DNA of 63,134 nt, counting the filler, from Chloroflexota bacterium (lineage in GTDB: Bacteria > Chloroflexota > Chloroflexia > QHBQ01), in NCBI GenBank assembly GCA_043754535.1. It is 5 parts of 5 records of this genome, joined end to end, with 100 filler letters (N's around TTAATTAATTAA, not from the genome) between each part and the next. Parts side by side here need not be neighbours in the genome. Positions count along the whole stretch, not along the records: positions 36,633 to 45,582 come from JAYUUN010000110.1; positions 45,683 to 54,561 come from JAYUUN010000112.1; 3 more parts are not named here. The stretch is one strand, 5' to 3'. Shown here piece after piece: positions 42,248-51,644 of this stretch (its first letter is position 1; each line of letters opens with the position of its first letter). The translations under genes and the position numbers were made by a program. Under the pieces are notes generated by a model. The model was not told the origin of the DNA. It ran no database searches and saw nothing but the letters and a program-made list of their open reading frames with translations.

Positions 42248-43557
42248 AAGCGCAGGGTTGACCACGCCGCAAGTTGCTGCTGGATGGCAGCTACTTCGGG
42301 CCGTATCTCCAGCCGCTGGAAGGCTTTGAGCGCATGGCCCAGGGTGTCCAGGGCGCGGTGCAACAGGGTGGCATCCTGCTCGGCAACGGCCCATTGGTGA
42401 AGCATGAGGGCGTAGGCCTGGTAGGTGCGGGCGCGGTCGTAGCGGTGTACCCGCCCAACGCTGGCTAGCGACTGCTTGAAATGCAGGTCGGCCTGCTGGT
42501 AATCGGCAGCAGCAGTGGCGTAGGCAGCGTTCGCCTCGGCTAGTAGCCAGTGGTAAGTATCGTCGATCTCGCCGCCTGCTTCCTCGGCGGCAGCCGCTAC
42601 CATCTCGGTTAGTAGCTCAGCCGCCTGCCCCAGCTTGCCTTCATACAGCCAGCAGAGCAGCAGGTTGAGCGAGTACTCCACGCCCAGACCCACGCCAGCC
42701 GCCTTCTCTCTTGCCAGAACTGCATGATGTTCCCAGTTGACCGCATCTTCCTTGTAGGCAAACAGTTTGGCGGCTACGTTGTGTACTTCGGCCTCACGGC
42801 TGGCCTGGTTAACCTGGTCGAGCAGCCCCTCCGCCTGCTTGATTGCCAACTGCGCTTGCTGGTAATGATGCCCAAAGAGGTATACTTCGCTGATCAGGCT
42901 GAGAACCGACACGCGCTGGGCCAGATTGCCGACGCTGGCGACCAGGGCCAGGGCTGTCGAGGCCGCGATGTAGGCCTGGGGGTATGGTCCATACTGCCCA
43001 TAGAACCAGGTTAGGGAGCCGTATATACCCACAATGCGAACAGGATCGTTACTGGCGGCGGCTTCGTCCAGGGCAGCGTCCAGATAACTACTAGCCACCT
43101 CTGGCTGATCGAGGTTGATCGCATTGTTGCCCATATTCTCCAGAGCGAGTGAAGCCTGGGCTGCGTCGCCACTGTCATGTGCTAGCTTGTAGGCTTGCTC
43201 ATAGACCTGGGAGGAGCGGCTAAAGTCCGCCAACCCCATGTAGACCAGGCCGATGCGGTTGAGTATCTCCACCAACAGGCTCTGTCCAGCCACGTTCTCG
43301 GCCAGGTAGCGAACAGCCTCCTGGTATAGGGTCAGGGCAGGCTCAAGCTGGTCACGCCGCTGGAGGATGCGACCCTCTACATAGATAGCGCGAGCGCGTA
43401 GCAGGCTGACAGCGGGCGACTCAGCCTCAAACTGGGCGAGAGCCAGCGTAGCAGCGGTGAGCTTGGCGGTCGCCTCCGTAAGCTGACCAGCCGCGATCTG
43501 GCCGAGGGCTTCCCGCAGCAGATCGTCGATTGGGGCTGGGTTCTGTTCGTCAATCAC
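42244..43557 (-). CDS. Cytoplasmic TPR-repeat protein
   Basis: ILNRIGLVY and ALENMGN TPR motifs; RBS AGGAG; no signal peptide. Confidence 0.8.
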   Translation of the reverse strand: MIDEQNPAPIDDLLREALGQIAAGQLTEATAKLTAATLALAQFEAESPAVSLLRARAIYVEGRILQRRDQLEPALTLYQEAVRYLAENVAGQSLLVEILNRIGLVYMGLADFSRSSQVYEQAYKLAHDSGDAAQASLALENMGNNAINLDQPEVASSYLDAALDEAAASNDPVRIVGIYGSLTWFYGQYGPYPQAYIAASTALALVASVGNLAQRVSVLSLISEVYLFGHHYQQAQLAIKQAEGLLDQVNQASREAEVHNVAAKLFAYKEDAVNWEHHAVLAREKAAGVGLGVEYSLNLLLCWLYEGKLGQAAELLTEMVAAAAEEAGGEIDDTYHWLLAEANAAYATAAADYQQADLHFKQSLASVGRVHRYDRARTYQAYALMLHQWAVAEQDATLLHRALDTLGHALKAFQRLEIRPEVAAIQQQLAAWSTLRF

Positions 43558-43800
43558 TGGCTAGCTCCTGACCTTCATCCTGGTGGGGTACTACTAATCT
43601 CAGCCGGCTGCCACCCGCAAGCCACAGGATGCAGCCACTTGCTTACTCAGCCATCCTGCCAATAACACTGCTAAGGCAGCCGACCAGTGCTGACTGGCTA
43701 GCTACCTTAACCTGCTGAAATACGTCGCGGCTGGCCCCTGTGTAGCCGCCGTAACTATGTTATAGTTTCGCCGAGCTAGCCGAGAGGTCGGCTTCTAACG

Positions 43801-43834
43801 AACAAAGCTCTCACTTTGGCAAGAGCTTTGTTTT
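43801..43834. terminator. Terminator hairpin after the lipoprotein gene
   Basis: AACAAAGCTCT...AGAGCTTTGTT inverted repeat. Confidence 0.6.
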
Positions 43835-43843
43835 CATCCTCCG

Positions 43844-44581
43844 CTATGGTGCGCTAGTCGGCAAAGGGTTTGGCGGTGTCCCCCCTGGCGAAACGGTAGA
43901 AGCAGGTGCGGATGGTAGCGGAGTAGGAACGTCTGGTGTGGGTATGGAAGGACCTGGGGTTCCAGGCAGTCCGCCCCGAACTTGCTGCCCATAATGCAGC
44001 GTCTTTGGCCCCTCGGTGGGGCAGGGTGGGATGCTGTCCTGTGCGGCAAACTGCCCAGCATAGTCCCCAGTGATGCTGGGATCGTTCAGCACCTTGTGCA
44101 GTGCGCCACCCTGCGTAGCGAAGGTTTCGGTTGGCAGACCTGCCCAGATGTCGTAGATGTAAGCCAAGTACCGATGGTGAACACCAAATCCCTGACTGTT
44201 ATCCATGTACCTGCTACCATCGAAATCCCCCCGCAGCACAATTAGCATTAGCGGAGGAGTTTCTATAGTCCAGAAGGTATGACAGTAGAAACCCAGCGCA
44301 GGCATATCCTCTGGGGTTATCGAGCGAGCAACAAGCACCTCAGTACTGCTGATTGGCGCATTGTAAGACCGTTCGGCTTCAGCCTGCGCTGCCAAGCTGA
44401 CTTCTGCGGGGCTACGCCCTACCAGATTGTGGGGATAGAGGTAGGGAGGGCCACCCGCCATAGCACTTGGTAGCACTGCTGGCGTTGAAGCTGGCGCAGT
44501 TGCGGCAGACAGATCACTAGGTGGTTGTTGATCGCAGGCCACTAGGAGCAGGCTGAACAGCAGCAAAGCACGTCTAATCAT
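43844..44581 (-). CDS. Hypothetical lipoprotein
   Basis: Lipobox LVAC after MIRRALLLF; Pro/Thr-rich termini. Confidence 0.75.
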   Translation of the reverse strand: MIRRALLLFSLLLVACDQQPPSDLSAATAPASTPAVLPSAMAGGPPYLYPHNLVGRSPAEVSLAAQAEAERSYNAPISSTEVLVARSITPEDMPALGFYCHTFWTIETPPLMLIVLRGDFDGSRYMDNSQGFGVHHRYLAYIYDIWAGLPTETFATQGGALHKVLNDPSITGDYAGQFAAQDSIPPCPTEGPKTLHYGQQVRGGLPGTPGPSIPTPDVPTPLPSAPASTVSPGGTPPNPLPTSAP

Positions 44582-44712
44582 ACAATCATCCCTCGAATAC
44601 AATGTCTACCCCAACAAAGAGGTGAGAGCAACAACTAGATTATACTCGCTCCTGGCCAGCCACACAAGGCTGTTCCGCATAGTCGGATTGAACCTACTTA
44701 TTGCTGCTCTGT

Positions 44713-45582
44713 CTACCTACTAACCAGGGCGCGATGCATCACCTTGCTTAGTTCGCCACGCGTGATGTTGAAGTTGGGCCGGAAGCAGCGGCTGCTGCCA
44801 CAGGCTGCCCCCGCGATGATGCCCCGCTCTAGCAGCGTCTCCACCGCTGCGTAGCCGAACGCTCCGACTGGCACATCGCTGAAGCTCGGCCCGGCTGGCA
44901 CGAACGGCGGGTAGTTGCTGATCCTCTGCACCACTACTGCCACCTGCATCCGACTGACTGGCACGTTGGCACCGTAACAAGGATTGGCCGTGTGCAAGGC
45001 ACTGCACTGCGCTGCACTCAAGCCCGTGATTGCCCCCACCTGGTAGGCTGCTTCCACATACGGGTAGAACACGCTGCTAGCCGCCACGTCACCGAAGGTT
45101 GGCCTGGTCGGGGTGTAGCTAGCCAGGCCAAAGCCCAGCACCGCTATCTTAGCAAACTGGCCGCGCATGGTGGCACTGTTGGGCTGGAAGCTGTTGCCGG
45201 GATAGCCACTGATCACCCCCCGGCAAGCCAGGTACTGGATGTCGGCGTAGAAGATGTGGCTGGTCGGCACGTCGCTGAAGCTGATCACGCAAGGGCTGGC
45301 GGTGGCAGCGGGTTGGTTGGTCGCGGTGAGCGTGGCGGTTGCGCTGGCAGTAAGCGTCGCACTAGCAGTGAGCGTTGCGCTAGAAGTAAGGGTAGCGGTT
45401 GGGGTCAAGGTCAGGGTGGGGCTGAGCGTGGGGCTAGGGGTACTCGTCACCGTCGGTGTGTTGCTGGGAGCGGCAGTGGGGAGTGGCGTGCAGGTCGCCA
45501 GGGCGGTAGCAGTTACACTGGCCGTCGGCGTGGCTCCAGGGGTGCTACTGGCAATTGCGCTCTGGTTGGGCCAGGGGGTACC
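44713..45582 (-). CDS. SLH-domain surface protein, C-terminal part (5' end cut by the contig break)
   Basis: Thr-rich linker then three SLH repeats closely similar to those of 5536-7857. Confidence 0.88.
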   Translation of the reverse strand, partial: GTPWPNQSAIASSTPGATPTASVTATALATCTPLPTAAPSNTPTVTSTPSPTLSPTLTLTPTATLTSSATLTASATLTASATATLTATNQPAATASPCVISFSDVPTSHIFYADIQYLACRGVISGYPGNSFQPNSATMRGQFAKIAVLGFGLASYTPTRPTFGDVAASSVFYPYVEAAYQVGAITGLSAAQCSALHTANPCYGANVPVSRMQVAVVVQRISNYPPFVPAGPSFSDVPVGAFGYAAVETLLERGIIAGAACGSSRCFRPNFNITRGELSKVMHRALVSR

Positions 45583-45682
45583 NNNNNNNNNNNNNNNNNN
45601 NNNNNNNNNNNNNNNNNNNNNNNNNNTTAATTAATTAANNNNNNNNNNNNNNNNNNNNNNNNNNNNNNNNNNNNNNNNNNNN
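45583..45682. other. Artificial contig linker
   Basis: N run with TTAATTAATTAA. Confidence 0.98.
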
Positions 45683-45683
45683 C

Positions 45684-47528
45684 AGCCTGCGCCTGCCGCG
45701 CAACGGCAACGGCAACGGCAACGGCCAGAGCCGCTTCCTTGACGACCTCGAACTGGAAGTCAGCATCGCAGAGGAGCGCGCCGCAATCAACCAAATCATG
45801 AGCCTGAACGCGGCGATCATCCCCGGCGGCGGCTTCGACTTCGTGGTGGGCAACCCACCCTATGGCGCAGAACTGGATGCGGAGATGACCACCTACCTGA
45901 CCGCCAACTACATCACCGCCGAGGGCGAGTATGACACCTTCGCTGCCTTCATCGAGCGCGGGCTGGATATGCTCAAGCCCGGCGGCAAGCTCGGTTACAT
46001 CACGCCGAACACCTGGACTACCAACAAGTTTTACCGCAAGTTGCGCCTGCTAACCCTGAGCAGCACCAGCATCAGGGATATGGTGCAGGGATGGGAGATG
46101 TTCGACCAGGCGACCGTCAACTCGCTGATATTCGTGCTGGCAAAGGAGCAGGACAAGGCCACCCTGTTCCCACACGGCATCAGCAAGGATATGCTCAACC
46201 ACAACAACCCGCCGCCCGCCCAAGCCGCGACGGTGGCGATCCACGACCTGCCAGAGAAGTTCACCCGCACCCCTGGCACCCGCCAGCCCTCGGCTATCGC
46301 GCGCCGCCGCGAGTTGCTGGCCGCCCGCACCTTCGCCGCCAACCATGATGCTCAACAGGCAGAGTGGTGGAGCAGCGACGGCTTCAGGTTCAACTTGAGC
46401 GGTGATCCAACTGTGCAGCCGATCCTTGATAAGGTGCAGCAAGGCACGATACCTTTTGGCACCATCGCGGATACAACGCTTGGAATTAAATCCTATGAAG
46501 TTGGTGTGGGGAAACCAAAACAGACAGTAGATGACCTCAAGAAGCGCATCTACCACAGCAACATACAGAAGGATGCAAGTTACCGGCTGGAAGTACAGAC
46601 AAATGAAGTGGATCGCTATTACTTTCACTCGGCCAACAAAGTGTGGCTGAAATGGGGGCCGCATCTGGCCGCCTCGCGTGACACCCGCTATTGGAGTAAT
46701 CCGAAGCTGGTCGTGCAGAAGATCAGCGGCGGCATGAGGGAGCGCATCCGCGCCGCCTATGACGACCACAACTACTTGCTCCCAGTCACGCTCTACGCTG
46801 TCATCCAGCGCGACCCTGCCTACGACCTCAAGTACCTGCTGCTGCTGCTCAACTCACGGCTGTTCAACTGGTACTTCGCCAGCCGCTACACCGACAAGGA
46901 CGTGAAGGTGTACCATCTCAACGAGTTGCCGATTAAGCCGCTGGATGCAGCGGGGCAGCAGCCGTTCGTTGACCTGGCTGAGCGGCTGCTAGCCCTCAAC
47001 AACCAAATCGCCACTTACCGCGCCGCTGGCTACCGCATCGACGTGGCCCGTAGGCGGATTATCCCGCCAATCAGCCAGCTACTCAAACCGCTGGGCGCAA
47101 ACGTCACCGACCTGCGTTTGGCGGCGGCCACCAGTGCGGTCACGGTGCAGCCCGGCAGCAAAGGGATTAGCTACCCACTTACCCGCAGCGACGACCCGGC
47201 CAGCGGCCAGAGCGTGCTGCACCTGCGGCGGCAACGAGGCAACGAAGTTAGCATCAGCGGCGCGGCGGCGATAATTGACTACATCCAGATCGCGCTGAAC
47301 GAGCAAGAGGAGCAGCTAGCAGGCAAGACCTGGGCGCAGATTGCCTCCCTTGTGCCGTACCCCCGTGACGAGGCGACGGCGCACACCGGGTTGAGGCTGG
47401 CCCAGGCGCAGATAGCCGAGGTGCAGCGCGTGCTGGACGAGATAGACGCGCTCGACCAGCAAGCTAACGCCCTGGTCTATCAGCTATACAGCCTCAGCCC
47501 GTCAGAGGTCGCCACTGTGCTGCTCTGA
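45684..47528 (+). CDS. N6-adenine DNA methyltransferase / type IIG (Eco57I-like) RM enzyme, C-terminal part
   Basis: GFDFVVGNPPY, LKPGGKLGYITPN, TaqI-C-like KYLLLLLNSRL...LPIK; the frame is open back to the contig edge. Confidence 0.88.
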   Translation, partial: SLRLPRNGNGNGNGQSRFLDDLELEVSIAEERAAINQIMSLNAAIIPGGGFDFVVGNPPYGAELDAEMTTYLTANYITAEGEYDTFAAFIERGLDMLKPGGKLGYITPNTWTTNKFYRKLRLLTLSSTSIRDMVQGWEMFDQATVNSLIFVLAKEQDKATLFPHGISKDMLNHNNPPPAQAATVAIHDLPEKFTRTPGTRQPSAIARRRELLAARTFAANHDAQQAEWWSSDGFRFNLSGDPTVQPILDKVQQGTIPFGTIADTTLGIKSYEVGVGKPKQTVDDLKKRIYHSNIQKDASYRLEVQTNEVDRYYFHSANKVWLKWGPHLAASRDTRYWSNPKLVVQKISGGMRERIRAAYDDHNYLLPVTLYAVIQRDPAYDLKYLLLLLNSRLFNWYFASRYTDKDVKVYHLNELPIKPLDAAGQQPFVDLAERLLALNNQIATYRAAGYRIDVARRRIIPPISQLLKPLGANVTDLRLAAATSAVTVQPGSKGISYPLTRSDDPASGQSVLHLRRQRGNEVSISGAAAIIDYIQIALNEQEEQLAGKTWAQIASLVPYPRDEATAHTGLRLAQAQIAEVQRVLDEIDALDQQANALVYQLYSLSPSEVATVLL

Positions 47529-47648
47529 CAGCAGCTAACCAGCCCCCAAGTGCTAGCAGCAGCCAGCATCTCAGAATGCTCAGTAATCGAACACCTGCCT
47601 GTCGAACAGTGCCGAGGCGGTGGCGCGGCTGCCTGGTTTATGCATCCT

Positions 47649-47669
47649 GCGATCCGAAGGCTTCGGATT
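47649..47669. repeat. Palindromic 21-mer, copy 1 (candidate parS)
   Basis: GCGATCCGAAGGCTTCGGATT upstream of parA; identical at 49117 and 50802. Confidence 0.75.
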
Positions 47670-47752
47670 CTGGCTGCCAGCTTGACGCTAGTGCGCTGCT
47701 ATGCTGCTGAAGACGAGGTAATGAAGCAACGAAGTAACTAAGGAGCAAGCAC

Positions 47753-48532
47753 GTGGCAGACGATGGAGCGGCAGGGCAGGCGCGGGTGATTGCGGTTGCT
47801 AACCAGAAGGGCGGGGTAGGCAAGACTACTACTGCGGTCAACCTCAGCGTGGGTCTACACCTGCTGGGCAGGCGGGTGCTGGTAGTTGACATGGACTATC
47901 AGGCTAACTGCTCCTCTAGCTTTGGCATCAGCAACGCCCGCACTGGGGTGGCCGAGGTGCTGACTGGCGAGGCAACGATTGGCGATGCTATCCAACAGAC
48001 TGCCGAGGGGGTGGACATCCTCCCTTCTAGCTTCCGCATGGCGGCCCTGGATGAGGGCTTGCGCGATGAGCCTGGCAGGGAGATGCTGTTGCGGCTCGCG
48101 CTGGCCGAGGTCGCCGACCGATACGACTTTGTGGTGGTGGATTGCCCGCCCAGCCTGACGACCGCCACGATTAACGCGCTGGTGGCTGCCAGCCACGTGC
48201 TGGTGGTGGTTGAGCCAGAGAGTTGGTCGGCAGAGGGCATCACCATGCTGCACCGCTCGATCCAGAAGGTACAGCAGCGGCTTAACCGCAGCCTCAAGGT
48301 GCTGGGCTATCTGCTGACCAAGCGCAGCCCGATCAGCGTCCACCGCGAGCTTGACGACCTGTTGCGCCAGACCTTCGGTGAGCAGGTGTTCGCCACCCAC
48401 ATCCCCTCGCTGGTGCGCTACAAGGAAGCAGCGGGCGGGCGGCGTAGCGTCTTCCCCGCGTACAAGGCGGCGGCGGTGGCGAACGAGCCGTACTACCAGG
48501 TTGCTCAAGAATTGGAGGTGCGTCTTGGCTAA
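47753..48532 (+). CDS. parA: ParA/Soj partition ATPase
   Basis: NQKGGVGKTTT deviant Walker A, DMDYQAN, DCPPSL. Confidence 0.95.
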   Translation: MADDGAAGQARVIAVANQKGGVGKTTTAVNLSVGLHLLGRRVLVVDMDYQANCSSSFGISNARTGVAEVLTGEATIGDAIQQTAEGVDILPSSFRMAALDEGLRDEPGREMLLRLALAEVADRYDFVVVDCPPSLTTATINALVAASHVLVVVEPESWSAEGITMLHRSIQKVQQRLNRSLKVLGYLLTKRSPISVHRELDDLLRQTFGEQVFATHIPSLVRYKEAAGGRRSVFPAYKAAAVANEPYYQVAQELEVRLG

Positions 48533-49325
48533 GAAGCTGGCCTACAACCCGCTGGATATGTTGGTCTCTGGCGACGCTGGCGAACAGTCGCCCAGCAGCG
48601 TACTCGCCCCTGGCCAGATTGCTGCCAACCCACAACAGCCGCGTCGGTTTGTTGACGAGCAAGCGATGGGCGAACTGGTCGCCAGCGTGCGCGAGGGTGG
48701 CATCCACGAGCCGCTAATCGTGCGCCAGTTGCAGGACGGTAGCTACCAACTGGTGGCAGGCAGCAGGCGGCTGGCAGCAGCGCAGGCAGTCGGGCTAACC
48801 AACGTGCCGGTAGTAGTGCGCGACTACAGCGACGCGGAAGCCGAGCAAGTTGCGCTAATCGAAAACCTGCAACGTAGCAATCTGCGCTTTGATGACGAGG
48901 CCAACGCCCTGCTGCAACTCAAGCGGCACCAGCGGTTGAGCAACGAGGTGTTGGGTAGGCGCATCGGCAAGAGTACCGACTACGTGGAGCTACGCATCGC
49001 CGCCGCCGAGAACCCCACCGTGCTGGCGATGTACATCAACCACGAGATTGAGCAGAACGAAATCCGCAGCACAATCAAGTCTTTGCGCGAGCCGCAAGCT
49101 GCCGCTCAACTGGCTAGCGATCCGAAGGCTTCGGATTCTGTAGCTGGCCCACGCCGCCCACCCGACGGCTGGCGGTGGGCGCAGGCGACCGAGCGGCGGT
49201 TGGAGCGGATGCCCTCCATCGTGAGCCGCATGAGCGGGGCCGAGCGCATGGTAGCCCGCACCCGCCTGCTGCAACTGCGTGAGGCGATTGACCGTACCAT
49301 TGAGCAACTAGGCGGCGAGGGCTAG
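48525..49325 (+). CDS. parB: ParB partition protein
   Basis: NPQQPRR, EPLIVR, LVAGSRRLAA, ALIENLQR, HTH; TTG start overlaps the parA stop. Confidence 0.93.
   Translation: MAKKLAYNPLDMLVSGDAGEQSPSSVLAPGQIAANPQQPRRFVDEQAMGELVASVREGGIHEPLIVRQLQDGSYQLVAGSRRLAAAQAVGLTNVPVVVRDYSDAEAEQVALIENLQRSNLRFDDEANALLQLKRHQRLSNEVLGRRIGKSTDYVELRIAAAENPTVLAMYINHEIEQNEIRSTIKSLREPQAAAQLASDPKASDSVAGPRRPPDGWRWAQATERRLERMPSIVSRMSGAERMVARTRLLQLREAIDRTIEQLGGEG
49117..49137. repeat. Palindromic 21-mer, copy 2 (inside parB)
   Basis: GCGATCCGAAGGCTTCGGATT exact copy. Confidence 0.75.
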
Positions 49326-49332
49326 ACACAAG

Positions 49333-50798
49333 ATGAGCATTAGTGCAGAGCAGGTGCAGGCATGGGTGGCCCAGAACGAGGGCCAGACCGTCGAGTTCAA
49401 GCTAGAGAGCGTCACCCAAACCGAGGTGGCCGAGGCAGTCGCCTCCTTCGCCAACGGCAGCGGCGGGGTGTTGTTGATTGGCGTGCGCGACGACCAGACT
49501 ATCCTCGGCGTGCGCCAGTTGAAGGATGTGGTCTACATGGCCTACGCTGCCGCCCACACTATCACCCCGCGCCTGGATGAGCAGGTCAAGGTTGAGGATG
49601 TAGAGGTGGATGGGCGGCGCGTGGTCGTCGTGATTGTGCCAGACGACTGCGCCGACACCTACCTGGCGGGGAGCGGCTACCGCCAGCGGCAGGGCGCGAA
49701 GAACGTGCTGATGACCGCGCAAGCTGTCGCCGAACACGTGCGCCTGCGGGCCGCCATCCCCTTCGACCGCCAGCCCTTGCCCGCTACCACCTTCGCCAGC
49801 CTCAGTGAGGAGAAGCTAACCACCTTCTTGCGCGAACGCAGCGGCCAGAACCGACCCGACCTCGGCGCGCTCAACGTTCGGGCTGGCCTCCGCAATCTGC
49901 ACGTGCTGGCCGACGTAGAGGGTAGCCACCCGACCGTGGCTGGGCTGCTGATGTTTGGCCGTGCGCCACAGCAGCACTTGCCACAAGCCATCCTGCAATG
50001 CGTCCGCTTCCGGGGCCGGGGCGTAAACCGCTTCCTTGACCGCATTGAACTTAGCACCACGATTGACGAGCAGGTGGACAAAGCGGTGGCCTTTGTACAG
50101 CGCAACATTCGCCACGGCACCTACATCGAGCAGGTGCGCCACGTCAACGTAGACGAGTACCCGCTGACCGCCATCCGCGAAGCCCTGATTAACGCGCTCT
50201 GCCACCGCGACTACTATGCCGAAGGAACAGCAGTCAACCTCAGCATCTTCAGCAAAAGGAACGGCAGTCAACCTCAGCATCTTCAGCAATCGAATCGAGA
50301 CTCAACCCCGGCGGCCTCCTACCCGGCCTGAAGGCCGAGACATTGGAGGGCCAGCACCGCTTGCGTAACGCAGCCCTCGGCCAACTGATGTACGAGGCGG
50401 GGCTGATTGAACGCTGGGGCAGCGGCATTCGGCGGATGCGCGAGAGTATGGAGGAGGCAGGGCTGCCACCCCCGCTGATCCAGGCCGACCGCGACTGGTT
50501 CAGGGTCATCTTCTTTGGGCCAGAGGACTCGTTCCTTGAGGAGCAGGATAACGTGCCAAACCTGCTCGGCATCCCTGCTGCCAGCCTCAACCGCCTCAAC
50601 CCCCGCCAGCGCAGGCTGCTGGACGACCTGTTGCGGCGCAAGCGGATTACCCTCCAGCAATACACCGACGAGTACGAGGTTAAGCGCAGCCAGGCCCACC
50701 GCGACTTGCTAGAGCTAATCGAACTCGGTCTGCTGGTGCAGGGTGGCAAGAGCCGTTCTAGCTACTACGAACTGGCCCCAGCCGACGACGCGGGCTAG
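49333..50798 (+). pseudogene. AlbA_2 (Schlafen-like) plus RecG-C/HATPase-like plus winged-HTH protein, frameshifted
   Basis: EGQTVEFK, SFANGSGG, YPLTAIREALINALCHRDY; NPGG...RN...IERWGSG continues in another frame; 34-bp duplication at 50222-50289. Confidence 0.85.
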
Positions 50799-50801
50799 GC
50801 A

Positions 50802-50822
50802 GCGATCCGAAGGCTTCGGATT
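50802..50822. repeat. Palindromic 21-mer, copy 3
   Basis: GCGATCCGAAGGCTTCGGATT exact copy just after the AlbA-like gene. Confidence 0.75.
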
Positions 50823-50886
50823 GCTCCCCCCTGCCAGCTACACAGTTGCTGCTCCGCTACCAACTGCTACTCGCCTGCCCGCCACC

Positions 50887-51136
50887 AGCGTCCTATTTGC
50901 GTCCCAGTCTGCGTCCCAGTGGCCTGCCGAAGCATCCAGCATCCAGTTTGCATCCCATTTGCGTCCCACTGCAAGGACTTGCGAATCTGCGTCCCGCGCT
51001 TCTGCAACATAGTGGCTTGCGTCCCACCCCGCGCAGACGTTGTGCCTGAGCGGCGGCCCTCCCCCTATTTTGCGTCCCAAAGCCATTGTAAGTTTTGCAC
51101 AATATTGGTGGATAAAAGGGACGGTAATGGGACGCT
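50887..51136. repeat. Cluster of TGCGTCCCA repeats with AT-rich tract (iteron-like)
   Basis: Exact copies at 50898, 50910, 50960, 51018, 51071; variants at 50887, 50949, 50988; inverted variant at 51128. Confidence 0.75.
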
Positions 51137-51236
51137 ATGCTATTGCAAATCAGCAGCGAGTCCGAGTATAATTGTCTCATTCAGCATACCACCGCCCCGC
51201 TTCGGCTTGCGAGAACGCAAATGCTTGCCAATCCTC

Positions 51237-51266
51237 TTGACAGCACCAACACATCTGTGCTATGAT
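51237..51266 (+). promoter_or_regulatory. Possible sigma70 promoter facing the primase-like remnant
   Basis: TTGACA, 18 nt, TATGAT with an extended TG. Confidence 0.45.
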
Positions 51267-51644
51267 AGAGCAGTAGCAAATTAGCAAGCCTGAGCATCTA
51301 GTTGGCGGTCAGCGCACTGGTCAAAGAGGCCAGCAGAAGGAGCAGCCACAGCTAACCAACCACGGCGACCAATTCGCTCGCCTCGCCCGCCCCGACGCGG
51401 CTAACCGTCGGCCCAGGAATCGCAAAACCCACTGTCTACGCCGCCAAGCCTGCCAGTGGGTTCTACTCCCGAACACACGCTGCGCCCTTGCGGGTCTGCG
51501 CTGCTCCGTTATTTTGCTTTCAGATGATTGCACTATAGCATAGCGATGCGCGTTTGGCAAGGGTCTAGGACGACTTTGGGCCACATTGTGCCGCATCTTG
51601 CTGCATTGTGCTACCTGTTGCCCATCAGAGAGGGCCATTTTCTG

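Noticed and set aside
43558..43833. Signalling-peptide gene for the TPR protein (RRNPP-like quorum sensing)
   Set aside because: I could not find a convincing short ORF with an RBS and signal peptide.
45701..45724. (CAACGG)4 in the RM gene as a phase-variation switch
   Set aside because: A 6-bp unit keeps the reading frame (Asn-Gly repeats), so it cannot switch the gene on or off.
50222..50289. 34-bp duplicate as a CRISPR repeat or DGR template/variable pair
   Set aside because: Directly tandem with no spacer, only one mismatch, and no reverse transcriptase in the window.
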